A DNA stretch of 64,000 bases from Perkinsela sp. CCAP 1560/9 (GCA_965644495.1 CBFFSA010000012.1:394850-458849); one strand, 5' to 3'; counted from the stretch's first letter, positions 1 through 11,553 are shown. Notes: a model not told the origin generated them from the letters alone. Program-made: numbers and translations.

Positions 1-910
1 CACCGCAATAAACCACATACCTGTTTAACATACCTATACCTTGGATAACATACCGGGGGGTATGTTATTCTGGCCTGCGACACTTAACATACCCCCCCTC
101 GTCCCACGGCTTTTTTTGTGCAACGGTACAAAAATCCAACCCTAATATCACGTACGGTTTTAAAAAAATGTTTCTTTTATGCGTTTTAAGATATATTTTG
201 ATACGTTTTAGCATTTAGTACTACACGCGGTACGTTTTACCATTTCATTCTTATTTTTACCAATAGGGCGTTGACAGCCCAATTCTCATTTTTACTCTCT
301 GAATGGTGACTTTTACTGTAAGTGAAGTGAAGGAAGTGAGGCGCAATAAGCCTTCAATCCATAAACTTTTTCTGAAGTAGGATATTATAGTAACGTTGAA
401 TGAATATCCTAATTCGGCCTTTTTCAGCTTAATATCCTAATTCAGTAGTATCCTTAGTATCCTCAGTAGTATCCTTCAGAATTATCCTAATTCAGCTTAA
501 TATCCTAATTCCGAATTACGATATTGATCCGACCCCCGGTTTATAAAGGGGGGGGGGGGCGATTAAAAGTTGGCACAGAAATCGCCCTACAATTGGGAGC
601 AAGGGACGAGGAATTATCCAATCGTTAAGTGGGTCCCGGCGCTCTCCCAAAGGAAAATGTCCAGCACCAACCCGCGCCATACCTCGAAGAACCATTTAAA
701 TATATCAAAATATTTAAGACGGTGTAAGAAAAGAAAAAACGAATCTTCCTCGGTTCGCCAAAAAAACGAACCTATAAGTGGGGGAGGGGTTGAGGCTATC
801 ATAAACAGATGGGTACAGTATATTCTTTGACTTCTATTTTTTTCTTTTTATTCTTTGTTGCCTAAGGTGCAGATTTCGGACGTACTCTCATCAAAAAAAT
901 CTCTTTATTT

Positions 911-2398
911 ATGATGGAACCGACCAAAGACGAAATTCTTTGTGGCCTATGTAACGAGGGCAATACTTGCTATCTCAACAGCACATTACAAGTCCTAGTT
1001 TCACAACGGGATTTTATGAACGCCCTTCGACACGTAAAAACTAACTCCTCTGCTTCATATGTCACAGAATCGTCAAATTCTCTGCTTGTTGTGCGAAGAA
1101 AATTGTTTTGTTTGTTTTCATCTCTTCCCAGAGAAATGGGAAAGTCGTCAAAACCTGTTCTTCCATCGGGAATTCGACGTCTTCTTTTCGAACTTAATTC
1201 TGTTTTTACGCATTGCGATCAAGCAGATGCTGCAGAGTGCCTTTTAACTCTTTTAGCTAGTTTGGAAGAGCACCTTTCGGATAACGTTCTCATAGAAAAC
1301 GAGTCGAGCACGTGTGTTCCATCAAAAATTAGGAGTTCCTCCTCGTATTATTCTCTTTATGACACATTACAACGTATAGCACAACAACGTGCGGCATTGC
1401 ACCACAAGCACGAGAGACGTAAATTTTCCCAGGAAATCTTTCACCATTCAAACCTTCTCTCGTCGTGTCAAATCGACAGAACGTCAACCTCTGATGATAC
1501 TTCGACCTCTCAAAAGCATCACGCACCTGAACCATTTTACATCCACTCCCCAAAGGCCTATGTTCGTCGTGGGGTGGTAAATACCTTCTTTGAGGGTTAT
1601 CATCTGAATACTTTTTATTGCCATCACTGTCAATATTCTAGTCACTCCGCAGAGCCTTTCCTTATGCTCGAATTACACATTCCCTCTCACACTCAACTCA
1701 GCTCGTTAGACAAAATAAATATAAAAAGGTTACAAAAATCCTCGCCTATGTTTTCTGCTCTCTTTTCTGTACTTCATCCTTTTACAGCCTTAGCAAAGTC
1801 GGCCTGGGACTTTGTTTCTTCTCTTTTTACTCTCTCAGATGGAATTTCTCCTGCTCTTCGTTTGCAGGATTGTTTTGCCTCACACGAACGAGGTGAACGC
1901 CTATCGCACGAGAATGCTATTCTGTGCGACCACTGTGGGGTACGGTCGGAAGGCATTCGTACCACACAACTCCTTCATCTTCCCCCTATTTTAGTCATTC
2001 ACTTAAAACGATTCTCCCATGGGATCTGGTCCACAGAAAAACTGCACACGGCAGTCTCGTGTCCTGAGATTTTGGATCTTAGCAACAGCGTGTGTTCTTT
2101 GGAGAAGGATACGGTCTGTGGGACCGATTCCTCGCTAGATGGCGAAAACAGAGCGAAATCCAGTGATTTCGATCCCCCTGCGCTTTGTTTTTCAAAGGAT
2201 GCCCATAAAACGGCGTTGTATGAACTTAGCGCGGTGATCAATCATCACGGAAATCTAAGCTCAGGTCACTACACAGCGTATGTCAGGAATCCCTCCGTGG
2301 GCTGGGTTCTGTGTAATGACGAGCATTTGCTTCGTGTATCCACGGAGGAGGTTTTACAAAGTGAAGTCTATGTTGCGGTGTATCGCCGAAAATATTAA
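911..2398 (+). CDS. Ubiquitin-specific protease (peptidase C19, USP family)
   Basis: Cys box GLCNEGNTCYLNSTLQ, QADAAECL, two CxxC pairs, LVIHLKRF, His box AVINHHGNLSSGHYTAYV and WVLCND. Confidence 0.95.
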   Translation: MMEPTKDEILCGLCNEGNTCYLNSTLQVLVSQRDFMNALRHVKTNSSASYVTESSNSLLVVRRKLFCLFSSLPREMGKSSKPVLPSGIRRLLFELNSVFTHCDQADAAECLLTLLASLEEHLSDNVLIENESSTCVPSKIRSSSSYYSLYDTLQRIAQQRAALHHKHERRKFSQEIFHHSNLLSSCQIDRTSTSDDTSTSQKHHAPEPFYIHSPKAYVRRGVVNTFFEGYHLNTFYCHHCQYSSHSAEPFLMLELHIPSHTQLSSLDKINIKRLQKSSPMFSALFSVLHPFTALAKSAWDFVSSLFTLSDGISPALRLQDCFASHERGERLSHENAILCDHCGVRSEGIRTTQLLHLPPILVIHLKRFSHGIWSTEKLHTAVSCPEILDLSNSVCSLEKDTVCGTDSSLDGENRAKSSDFDPPALCFSKDAHKTALYELSAVINHHGNLSSGHYTAYVRNPSVGWVLCNDEHLLRVSTEEVLQSEVYVAVYRRKY

Positions 2399-2689
2399 GA
2401 AACATATTCGGCATGTTAAGAACACATCAAGGACAACGGAAATAACAAAGGCGAGAAGTACTTTTTGGGGTGCGTTTTTTTTGACTGTTAGTAAGAAAAA
2501 GGTAACATCCGTCTTCCCTTTTTATAAATCTTTTTTCCCAACGCAATAGTGGAACGATCTGTGCGTATCCTTGGACACGTATCAGTATCGTCGAATTCTA
2601 TTTCTACCTGTAAACCTCGGTATGCATTATGCTTTTATGCTTTAAGTTTCCTTTACAGCGTTTCTGCGTAACTTTGCAAGAAGACACCT

Positions 2690-3517
2690 ATGACTTTTCA
2701 CCTAGCGATTTTCCTTGTTCACGCAGCCGATGATTCGAATACAATTAATACACAGCGAACCCTTCCGAGTAAGGTACGAGGTTCCCATTTACCACAGGAA
2801 TACGAACTTTCACGCTTGATTGCCGATGTAGATAATCCGGATCATACCTGGAACACGTCAATACCTGCGTGTGAGTGGAAGGGCATAACTTGTAATGAGT
2901 ATCTAAAAGTTACAAGGATTTGTTGGGGCAGTATGGGTCTTACTGGAATGCTTCGATGGGAATACCTCTCTTCTACGTTACATCACTTCCTCATTTGGCG
3001 GAGCAAGCTTACAGGAAACGTTAGCCTTGACACGCTACCTTCCCAACTTGTTCAAATACATGCATCCACCAATGCTTTCAAAGGTTCGTTGGATTTTATT
3101 CATTTGCCACATACATTGCAGTCGCTTGATCTGCATGAAAATCAGTTCACTGGCAGTGTGAATTTGGTCCAATTGCCTCAGAGCATACAACATTTCCTTG
3201 TGGGTAACAACAAGTGTTCAGGAAGCATTGATCTTACCTGTTTGCCTTCGACTATATTACAGGTCAATTTATCAAACAATTTATTCACGGGACCTCTTGA
3301 ATTGCAGCGCTTACCTTTATTACTCGAAGTTCTCGACTGCAGCAATAATTTTTTTTCAGGTTTCGTGATTTTTAAAAATCTTCCTAAACTTCGACTTCTC
3401 TCGTTAAAGAACAACGCTGAATTGAGCGGAACAGTTGACACATCCGAACTTTCCATACGAGTGGAAGAGATTAAAGTGACAGGCACAAAAGTGGTAAAGG
3501 GGGGTCCCGTCTATTAA
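2690..3517 (+). CDS. Leucine-rich repeat protein (KVR-leader family)
   Basis: SKVRGSHLPQEYEL leader, WxxxxxxCxWxGxxC cap, 23-aa LPxxLxxLxLxxNxFxGxxDL repeats. Confidence 0.9.
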   Translation: MTFHLAIFLVHAADDSNTINTQRTLPSKVRGSHLPQEYELSRLIADVDNPDHTWNTSIPACEWKGITCNEYLKVTRICWGSMGLTGMLRWEYLSSTLHHFLIWRSKLTGNVSLDTLPSQLVQIHASTNAFKGSLDFIHLPHTLQSLDLHENQFTGSVNLVQLPQSIQHFLVGNNKCSGSIDLTCLPSTILQVNLSNNLFTGPLELQRLPLLLEVLDCSNNFFSGFVIFKNLPKLRLLSLKNNAELSGTVDTSELSIRVEEIKVTGTKVVKGGPVY

Positions 3518-3789
3518 ACGTCCCGTTTATGAACAAACGGTCAAGGAGGATTTTTTTCTCTGAATGGAAATATACACACAGCGCTTTTTAGAGGAAAATT
3601 GCTTTTTTTAGTATTGCAATTGGTACTAAATGTGTGTGACCAATAAAGGTGAAAAAAGTGCAAAAACCGAAAATATGAATGAAAATAGCAATCAAAACCT
3701 ATTTTCCTTATTTTTGGTCAGGGGAGTAGCTATTTATCATTCATATAATTTATACCTAAGAAGTTCAAAAGTGGAGCTGTACATTTTCT

Positions 3790-4695
3790 ATGATTCGTTT
3801 TCTGCGTACGGTGCTTCGGTCTCCTCCTCCCGTGCCTCAGCAAATTCTGAATGAGAAAGAGTGGTATACCTCGGAGAAATGGTGTAAGCTTTGCGCATGT
3901 CCAATGCCGACTGCGGGTATACATACCGGGGAGAAAGATCATCAGACTCTGGAGGTCTTTGTTGATAAAATATGGCAAGGCAATCACATGTCTTGGTGGG
4001 CTCATCACGTGTATGAGTCCGTTGGCTTACTTCGGGCACCGTATGCATCGCTTTACAATGTTTTTGATAAATTTGAAAATCAAAGATTATTTGTCTTGCA
4101 CGAGGCCATTAAAACTCTTAAGGAGAAAAAAATCTCTCGTGGAACGAGAACGATTCGCGATGGAGGTGGAACAACTCAATACCTAGTTGCCGCTCGCATG
4201 AGTCACATGACGTCCAAGATTTTGATAGGGCTTCTACCCCACGCCGCTAGTCGCCATCTTACGTCATATCTATCTATGATAACCTCGGATTTTTCTATGG
4301 AAGCAGTGTATGATATCCTTAGATTGGATCTACTTTACGGAAATTTAGATAATCGACGGTCCTACATATTGAAATCCATACTCGGAAATTGTTTTGATAT
4401 TACGTAGGACTATTCCCGCGGCTTCTGTCATGGAAGAAGAGCCTTGATCAAGCCTATAATAAAGGAACTGTGTTACTACGTTCAATGGGGTATCATTTGT
4501 GAGGCGATTATTTCTCGCATGCAAGAGTACATCGCTCGAGGGCAAATAGTGTGGGTGAATGAGCTGCACTGTGAAACGAGAAAAAATTTATTGGCTGACA
4601 AAATTATTCATAAATTGGCTCCCGTACACGAATCTACATCCGACGTGTTAAAAACTAGATTTGAAACCGATTTATGGAAACGTGATATCTGTTAA
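3790..4695 (+). CDS. KREPB-like RNA-editing complex protein (U1-type zinc finger plus degenerate RNase III), interrupted by an in-frame TAG at 4405-4407
   Basis: Mitochondrial-type leader MIRFLRTVLRS; Cx2Cx9Hx5H finger (CKLCACPMPTAGIHTGEKDH); EAVYDILRLDLL and IISRMQEY resemble KREPB motifs as recalled; ORF 4444-4695 is in the same frame as 3790-4407. Confidence 0.55.
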
Positions 4696-5048
4696 CACAT
4701 CACATCATTATGTACCCTAGTTCTAAACGTGGGTCCGGTTTATCCTCTTCTTGATCTTGATTAAAACTAGAGCGCACAAAGTTTTTTTCCTAATGAGTTC
4801 AATCTTCACGCGCTGAATTTAATCTTAGTAAATTATCGTTGTCGATTCTTTTGGCATCCCGCTGCTAGGGTGGCAGCGCTGCTACTACGATAGCAATCGT
4901 GTGGCCCCCGGTTTACTAAGGTACTACTGTCCCTTTCATAAATAATTATAAATTTGCCAGAATTTATAACGCTCCATATTTATAATTATTTATGATTTAT
5001 AATTTCTTGACGCTATAATCATAATTTTTTGGGGGTAAATTTAAAATC

Positions 5049-5228
5049 ACCCCATTTTTACCCGAAATTCGGCTATTTTTGGCTATAATCTTTCCGTTTT
5101 CCAGGCTAAATTTTCTTTTTTAGGCTCTTCGTTAAACGCGGCGGTAGTTTTCAACGCGAAGCGCGCAGCATGAGTGACTCCTAAGTTGAAAACAACCACC
5201 GCGTTTAACGAAGAGCCTAAAAAAGAAA
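5049..5228 (-). mobile_element. Family A element, truncated copy (terminal palindrome 5111-5228 plus adjacent body)
   Basis: Reverse complement of about 12113-12295. Confidence 0.85.
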
Positions 5229-5237
5229 TGAAAAGGA

Positions 5238-5409
5238 CAGTATCCCCCTATCCCAGCGTTGCCTCAGTACCCCCCCTCATTAGCGTTGCTTTTTAGACTG
5301 TGTCTTCAAGACTCTCTTGCCGCGAAGCGGTGATTTTTTTTTTTTGACCCCCCCTCCTAGCGTTGCTTTTTCCCAAAACCAGGCAGCGCTAGGATAGGGG
5401 GGGATAGTA
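5238..5409. mobile_element. Short MITE-like element with ~28-bp imperfect terminal inverted repeats
   Basis: GTATCCCCCTATCCCAGCGTTGCCT at the left end pairs with AGGCAGCGCTAGGATAGGGGGGGATAG at the right end. Confidence 0.5.
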
Positions 5410-5845
5410 CCCTCAACCCCACTCTCACTCCCCTCCACACCACAGTAACCTCCAACTCAAACCTCGACCTTCAACGTGCAAAAAGACAAAGATACGGTTT
5501 CTGTACTGATTTTCAGGTTAAAAAAAAGTGTCTCTATCCGCGCCCAATGACATCAACCCCCTAGTCATTTGTCATCCACCCGACACCCCCCCTAGTTATT
5601 TCTCATTTTTCTCCAAAAAGGGGTGTCAGTTAAGTAGGGGGTACAGTACCTATACCTTCGTAATATACCGGGGGGTGGTAAGCTGAACAGTGGTTTAATA
5701 TCAAAATTTCCAGCTTGATCTCAAACTTTGATTTTGAAAATGGAATGGCCCCCGGTTTATTTCCTTTACTATTCCACGACGTCAAAGTGGTATATTGAGT
5801 ACCTCAATATTTAAGGAAAGTATACTTTGCAAAATACTTTTAGTT

Positions 5846-6490
5846 ATGGCTGCTCTTGCTCATCTCCTGAAGCTACATCTTACCACGTTTACTGTGATCC
5901 GCACTGCCGACTCGCATATATCTACGTCGCGTCCTTCTAAGGTGAGAAACACAGAACTTCCAGATGAATACAATCTGGAGCGTTTTCTTAGAAATGTGGG
6001 GAAGCAGCATGATTCGTGGAGGGTTGAGAATCCTGTTTCTATGTGGGATGGTGTCACATGTAACAAGTTGGACATTGTGAAGAGTATCTCGTGGACAAGC
6101 CGCGACCTTACTGGAACTTTTCTGTGGGAATATATGCCGAAATCGACCGTTGCGTTCGACGTTCAACAAAATAGATTAAGTGGTGAAGTGCGCTTTGAAC
6201 TTTTACCACCCAGTCTAGAATCGCTCAATTTAGCTCGGAATATGTTTTTCGGTCCTATTGATCTCAGATTTGCTCCGGTCGCTCTCACTGTGTTTTTCGG
6301 TGCGATGAATGAGTTCAGCGGCGAAGTTCTTCTTGGTAGTTTAAACCCAAACTTTCAGTATTTATACCTAATGAATAATCCGGATCTTAAAGGAACAATT
6401 TGCGGATCCGAATTACCCCGTAGGCTTAAAACAACTGGGGTACTTCCGGGTCTTGATGTGGGAGGCACGAACATTAAACTAATTCCATAG
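5846..6490 (+). CDS. Leucine-rich repeat protein (KVR-leader family)
   Basis: SKVRNTELPDEYNL, WDGVTC cap, LRR units; first ATG at 5846 (the ORF track starts at an upstream TTG). Confidence 0.88.
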   Translation: MAALAHLLKLHLTTFTVIRTADSHISTSRPSKVRNTELPDEYNLERFLRNVGKQHDSWRVENPVSMWDGVTCNKLDIVKSISWTSRDLTGTFLWEYMPKSTVAFDVQQNRLSGEVRFELLPPSLESLNLARNMFFGPIDLRFAPVALTVFFGAMNEFSGEVLLGSLNPNFQYLYLMNNPDLKGTICGSELPRRLKTTGVLPGLDVGGTNIKLIP

Positions 6491-8055
6491 AAGATTCCCA
6501 TTTTCTCGAAATTGACGTTGTTCAACAACGCATTCCTTAAATAGAACTCATTCTGCACATGAACATGTTTGTCCATAAAAGAGGCGCCGCTAAGCGGCGC
6601 CATATTTTTTTTACCTTTTTTTGGTTTTTTCCTACATTTATTTACTGTGCCTAGAGCCACGTATTGTGCCTAGAGCCAGTTATTGTGCAGGGGGGGCACA
6701 ATAACCCGGAACACGGTTTAAGTGTCACAAGGCCACTTAGTATACCTACCCCCCCCAAAACAACTGAAGCGGAAGATGTCCCTTTTTAGAAACGACAGAG
6801 CCACTTTTCTAGCAAGCACAAGCCAAGAAGTCTTATTTCAAGGCCAAGTCACCAATTTTCTAGCAACTAGAAAAGAAAGGGTATACCTGGTTGCAATGGC
6901 CAGCGAAGTCCCCGGACCTAAATCCGATTGAGATCGTTTGGTCCAATATGGATGCGACAAAGGGCAACATTCACCCCCGAAATCGAATTCAATTGCTCGA
7001 TGCCATCCACGTTGAGTTTCGCAAATTGGAAAACGAGCAAAACAACTGATTGCCTAAACACGCTTCGTAGCTTTCGAAAGCGTTGTTCCATCGTTGTCCA
7101 GAGAAATGGCAAGCACTTTTGGTATTAGTGGGCTTTTTTAAGGTAAATTGAATAGTGTAAAATGTAAGTGACAAATCTCGTTTGGGAGCCATCTGACGAT
7201 TTCGATTTCTACCCCGTGTTCTAATAGTTTTTTGGGTGAAAAGGGCATATTTTTGTACCAACTCTTCCGATTGACCGAAAACGATTTTTGTAATATTTGA
7301 ATAAATTTAAATAATTTATTGGAATCTTCCATTAGAAAGGAACCGTTATAAAAAGAAAGTTAGCATCACCTTTAAAATTCTATTTCGCGCAACAATATGA
7401 GCTTCTACTGCGAAGGGTGTGATGTATTTGAGTGAGTAAAATCCTACCATTTGCTTACCGGATGAACATTCCTTCCTAGACTTTCCGAAAGCTCTTCAGC
7501 TCCGTGCTAAGGTGAATGCAATTCCGCAATGCAAGCATTTGTAATATTTCTGTGCATTATTAATGAGGAAGAATAAACTGTTTCTGTAAGTTTAAGAACT
7601 TTTTTCTACTCGTCGGGGAGAAATTTCATTGAAAACAAAAATTGGTATAAAAATATGCTCTTTTGACCGTTTTTTGTATTAAGACATGTAACTCTGAGAG
7701 AGCTCTCGAATGCGCTATTATTTTTCAAAGTTGGACAGTGTTTACAAATTTTAGACCCCCCAGGTGCAAGTGCCACCCCCTGTATATCTCCACCTGTAAA
7801 TTGCAAGTTAATATTTAAATATTAACCCGCACACTGGGTTACGATATTATTCAATCAAGATCATTTTCGCCGTAAAAAAAAGCCTTAAAATCGTAATAGA
7901 GTACAACACTGTACACAAATTAAAATTCTCAACTTTGTCCAAGCACGGTACAAACCCTTTCTCCTCTTTTTCGATCCTTAAACACAAAAAGACATACGTC
8001 CAACACCTCTTTTTTCCTCACCCTCTCTTCCCTCCCCTCTTCCCTCCCTCCCCCC

Positions 8056-9288
8056 ATGGAGCTCCAAATGCCCAACCCGCAGCTCCTGTGCCGCTCCCTG
8101 CGCTGTCTTCTGGAGCTGTGCGACACGGCCTGGGTGGAATTCGACCCCAAGGGGGTTTATTTCCAGGTCATGGATGAGGCCCGGGTCTCTCTGGGGACGC
8201 TGGAGATCCGAGGCAACCCGCTGCGCCACTACCTCACCTACGCCCCCACCTCCACCGCTGTGGGGTTCCCGCTGAAATCGGCCATCTCGATCTTAGCCTG
8301 TATGGGACCCTCCGATTTGCTGTCCCTGCATCTTGTGGCTCCGTTTGATGAGCTCAGGCTACGGAATGATGTGGATTGTGTGAAGAAACAACAAGGGGGG
8401 TTGGGGAGTGGTGGAAGTGGTGGAAATAACACGAAACCAACACATAAGAATAACGAAGGCAACCGTCGTGGAAGCGCGAATGAAACACCAAACGGTTCAG
8501 AAACCTCAACAAACGCATCTTTTCCCGGAGGGGTTCGAAAATTCGAATCTTCTGTTTCTTCTCATCCTTTTTTATCCTCTTCCTATGATTCCATTGCCTT
8601 CGCGGAGGCGAACCCGGACGGGTCGCACTTCGGGCGGTGGGTTTTAAAACTTTGTGAGATCACCGACGCGCGGCATCCGCTGCCGGTACTCGCGTACCCC
8701 GTCGAGGTCGTCATGCCCTCCGATCTACTCAAGGAGGTGCTGAGCCTCTATGAGGGGGCCACCGCGGTGTCGTTTACCGTGGAGGGGGGGAGCAACACGT
8801 TAGTGATTGCCCCCGAGGGGTGGGAGAAGGAAAAGAAGAAAACACGACGTAGAGGACGAAGGGGAAGGGGAGGAGGGGGGAATGAGGAAGAAGGAGAAGG
8901 AGAAGAGGATGAAAATGGGGAAAATGGGAGTGAAAATGAAAACCATGAGGATGAAAACGAAACGCAAGCTCCTGCTGTTCCTCCTTCTACGGTGGATACG
9001 TTTGCGTTAGCATCTGGGGTGACGAAACTTCACGCGAAACCGGATTGTCCAAAATCGATTTCGGTGCTCTGGCGTCCAGAGTTGGTGCCGAACCCTAAAG
9101 CAACGATTGTTCGTGTGGTTCTTGGGTCTCGCTTCTTGGCGACACTTACTAAAGGACGGGAGGTGGTGAATACAGTACGTCTGTTTCTCGGGGATACCCA
9201 TCCACTTCGGGTGCGGTATGATTTAGGGGATTTGGGCCACCTGCAGTTTTATCTGGCTCAAGTGGTGGCGAGGGGGGAAGGGGGGTAG
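8056..9288 (+). CDS. Divergent PCNA-like sliding clamp with two large low-complexity insertions
   Basis: GVYFQVMDEARVSLGTLEI resembles PCNA GxxLQSMDSSHVSLVQL; C-terminal PLRVRYDLGDLGHLQFYLA resembles PLVVEYKIADMGHLKYYLA. Confidence 0.75.
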   Translation: MELQMPNPQLLCRSLRCLLELCDTAWVEFDPKGVYFQVMDEARVSLGTLEIRGNPLRHYLTYAPTSTAVGFPLKSAISILACMGPSDLLSLHLVAPFDELRLRNDVDCVKKQQGGLGSGGSGGNNTKPTHKNNEGNRRGSANETPNGSETSTNASFPGGVRKFESSVSSHPFLSSSYDSIAFAEANPDGSHFGRWVLKLCEITDARHPLPVLAYPVEVVMPSDLLKEVLSLYEGATAVSFTVEGGSNTLVIAPEGWEKEKKKTRRRGRRGRGGGGNEEEGEGEEDENGENGSENENHEDENETQAPAVPPSTVDTFALASGVTKLHAKPDCPKSISVLWRPELVPNPKATIVRVVLGSRFLATLTKGREVVNTVRLFLGDTHPLRVRYDLGDLGHLQFYLAQVVARGEGG

Positions 9289-9625
9289 TATGAGAGGAGC
9301 AGAGGGGATGGGGATAACAGGTCTTGGGGAATTGGGGATAAATTTGCGAGCTTGAAGATCACAATTTTGAGTGGACAAAACATCTTTTTCAAATGAATGT
9401 GTTCAGGAATACATGTAGCGCAAATGGGTTTGCAATGCAGATTTAGGTCGAGTGCAATTGTATAATCCAACTTGATTTTTTTTGCAATTTAGACTGGCAC
9501 TTCACATTTCTTCCTTCATATTTCTACCTCAAAGTTTCGAAAGTTAACCTTTAATTTCTCTTACTGAACCTCGGAACAACATCCGTGCAATTTGATTACT
9601 GGATATAAATTTACAATCTTATTTC

Positions 9626-10444
9626 ATGTATGCCACTAGTATTTTGTATAATACACGGCAATCGGATACGCAGCCATCCGCATCAAAACGAGGCAAGAAA
9701 GAAGAAAGCACATCAATAGCAAGTGGCGAGACAACACTAACCAGTATCGCTGTTGGTCGCACTGGAAAAATACGTGGGACACATTTACCTCAAGAATATG
9801 AACTCGCGTTTCTTGTTGAAAACGTCACAAATCAACTTCTTTCCTGGAATACATCGACACCTGCATGTGAGTGGCACGGCATAAAATGTGATGACGGTTT
9901 AAATGTGTCTCAGATTGAATGGAAGTTTTTGATTTCATTCAAATTGGAGGGAACACTGCGATTGGACAAGATCCCCAAAACGGTACTCTACTTTGATGTA
10001 AGCGGCAATCACTTATCTGGCACCATAGAACTTGCACAATTACCTCAACCTTTGGCCCAACTTTGGCTGCACTGCAACCGATTCGAAGGCACTGTAGATC
10101 TTACCCATCTTCCACCGAATTTAACGAAACTATGCTTGTGGCACAATAATCTTTCCGGTGGTGTTGATCTCAGCTGTTTGCCATCCAAAATTACATATCT
10201 GAACTTGTCTTCGAATAAATTTACTGGATCAGTAGATCTCGAACACCTTCCCCCGTTTCTTCACGCGCTCAACTTGCAAGACAACGAATTATCTGGTCTT
10301 GTGTCATTTGATAGTCTTCCGAGAGGAATTGCCACACTGGGCCTAAGCGGTAATGGGGAACTTTATGGCCAAACTGATTTCTTAATTCTTCCTCGTTCTT
10401 TAAGAGATTTCAGTCGAGGACCAAAGATAAAGCTTTTTGGATAG
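9626..10444 (+). CDS. Leucine-rich repeat protein (KVR-leader family)
   Basis: GKIRGTHLPQEYEL, WNTSTPACEWHGIKC, 23-aa LRRs. Confidence 0.9.
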   Translation: MYATSILYNTRQSDTQPSASKRGKKEESTSIASGETTLTSIAVGRTGKIRGTHLPQEYELAFLVENVTNQLLSWNTSTPACEWHGIKCDDGLNVSQIEWKFLISFKLEGTLRLDKIPKTVLYFDVSGNHLSGTIELAQLPQPLAQLWLHCNRFEGTVDLTHLPPNLTKLCLWHNNLSGGVDLSCLPSKITYLNLSSNKFTGSVDLEHLPPFLHALNLQDNELSGLVSFDSLPRGIATLGLSGNGELYGQTDFLILPRSLRDFSRGPKIKLFG

Positions 10445-10591
10445 GGCCTACTGAAAATGTATTAGAAACTTAGAGGGTAGCCATCGCCCAAGTGACAGTA
10501 TTCCGCCATATTCTGCCGATCACAGGAGAATTATCCCTTGGCAGGTAGAGTATCAAGCAATAAGCTTTAGCTATTGTGCCTATTCACGCAT

Positions 10592-10685
10592 TAAGATAAG
10601 ATAAGATAAGATAAGATAAGATAAGATAAGATAAGATAAGATAAGATAAGATAAGATAAGATAAGATAAGATAAGATAAGATAAG
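10592..10685. repeat. (TAAGA)n pentanucleotide microsatellite, about 19 units
   Basis: Perfect tandem array seen directly. Confidence 0.98.
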
Positions 10686-11553
10686 CGTGGCTGAGAGGGC
10701 GGTGGGAACGTGGCGGGGAGAAGGGGAACACAAAGGGAAAACGTGGCGGGGAGACTAAAATACAATACGTTTACGCGGCTTTGTAAACTCAACTATGGAT
10801 ATAAACAACATTGATAGATCAAAAAGGTTTTACAAGGGTTTTACAAGGACCTCATATCGGCGCGGCGAGCGAGAATCCTCAACCTGGTCGGGGTTAAGGG
10901 TTCCTCTTCGTCGCATATGGGGCTCCGGAGCCTCTAGCGGAAATGGGTACGGGCTAGGGAGGGAGCTCGCCGGCAAACTGGGAAGGTGGTTCGCGGGCGG
11001 GGCTGAGCGCTCTACCAGAAGGGCGTACCTTTCGTCGCACCGGGACAGGAGTAGGGGGAATCGGAGGGGTCGCTGTTGCGTGGGGAGAGGGGGGCGCACG
11101 GGAGGGCACGGAAGGGACTTTCCGCTTCGGTGATCTATCGCGCTCCTGGCGTGGCTCCGACGGAGCCCGGAATCGTTGGGATCTCATGACACTAAAACTA
11201 CTACAAAAAACGTAGTACGAAGTAACAGCCAACAAGGTAGAGAATTTTTTGCTTCACTATCTATCACTATCGTCAAACATGCAAAAGTACTGCACCCTGA
11301 GATGTCCATAATAACAAAAGTAAAAGCACAAGACGTAAACAAAGCCAAAAAGTGGGTGTAAATGACTCAAAGCTATCAAGAAAATCCTTTTTCGTATAAA
11401 TTTTTTTGTTAAAAGAAATTGAAAAAAAAGATTGAAATTTGGGGTACAGTTTGACTGCATATTACCCAAAGAATTTACTTCCCCACCTTTGTTATTTTTT
11501 CACCCATCAACTCCATATTTGTGTAACATAGAAACTTCACAGCATACTAAAAA

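Noticed and set aside
6722-7332. Possible hAT transposase remnant (GQRWNNAF)
   Set aside because: Only one weak motif in short broken frames, which is not enough support.
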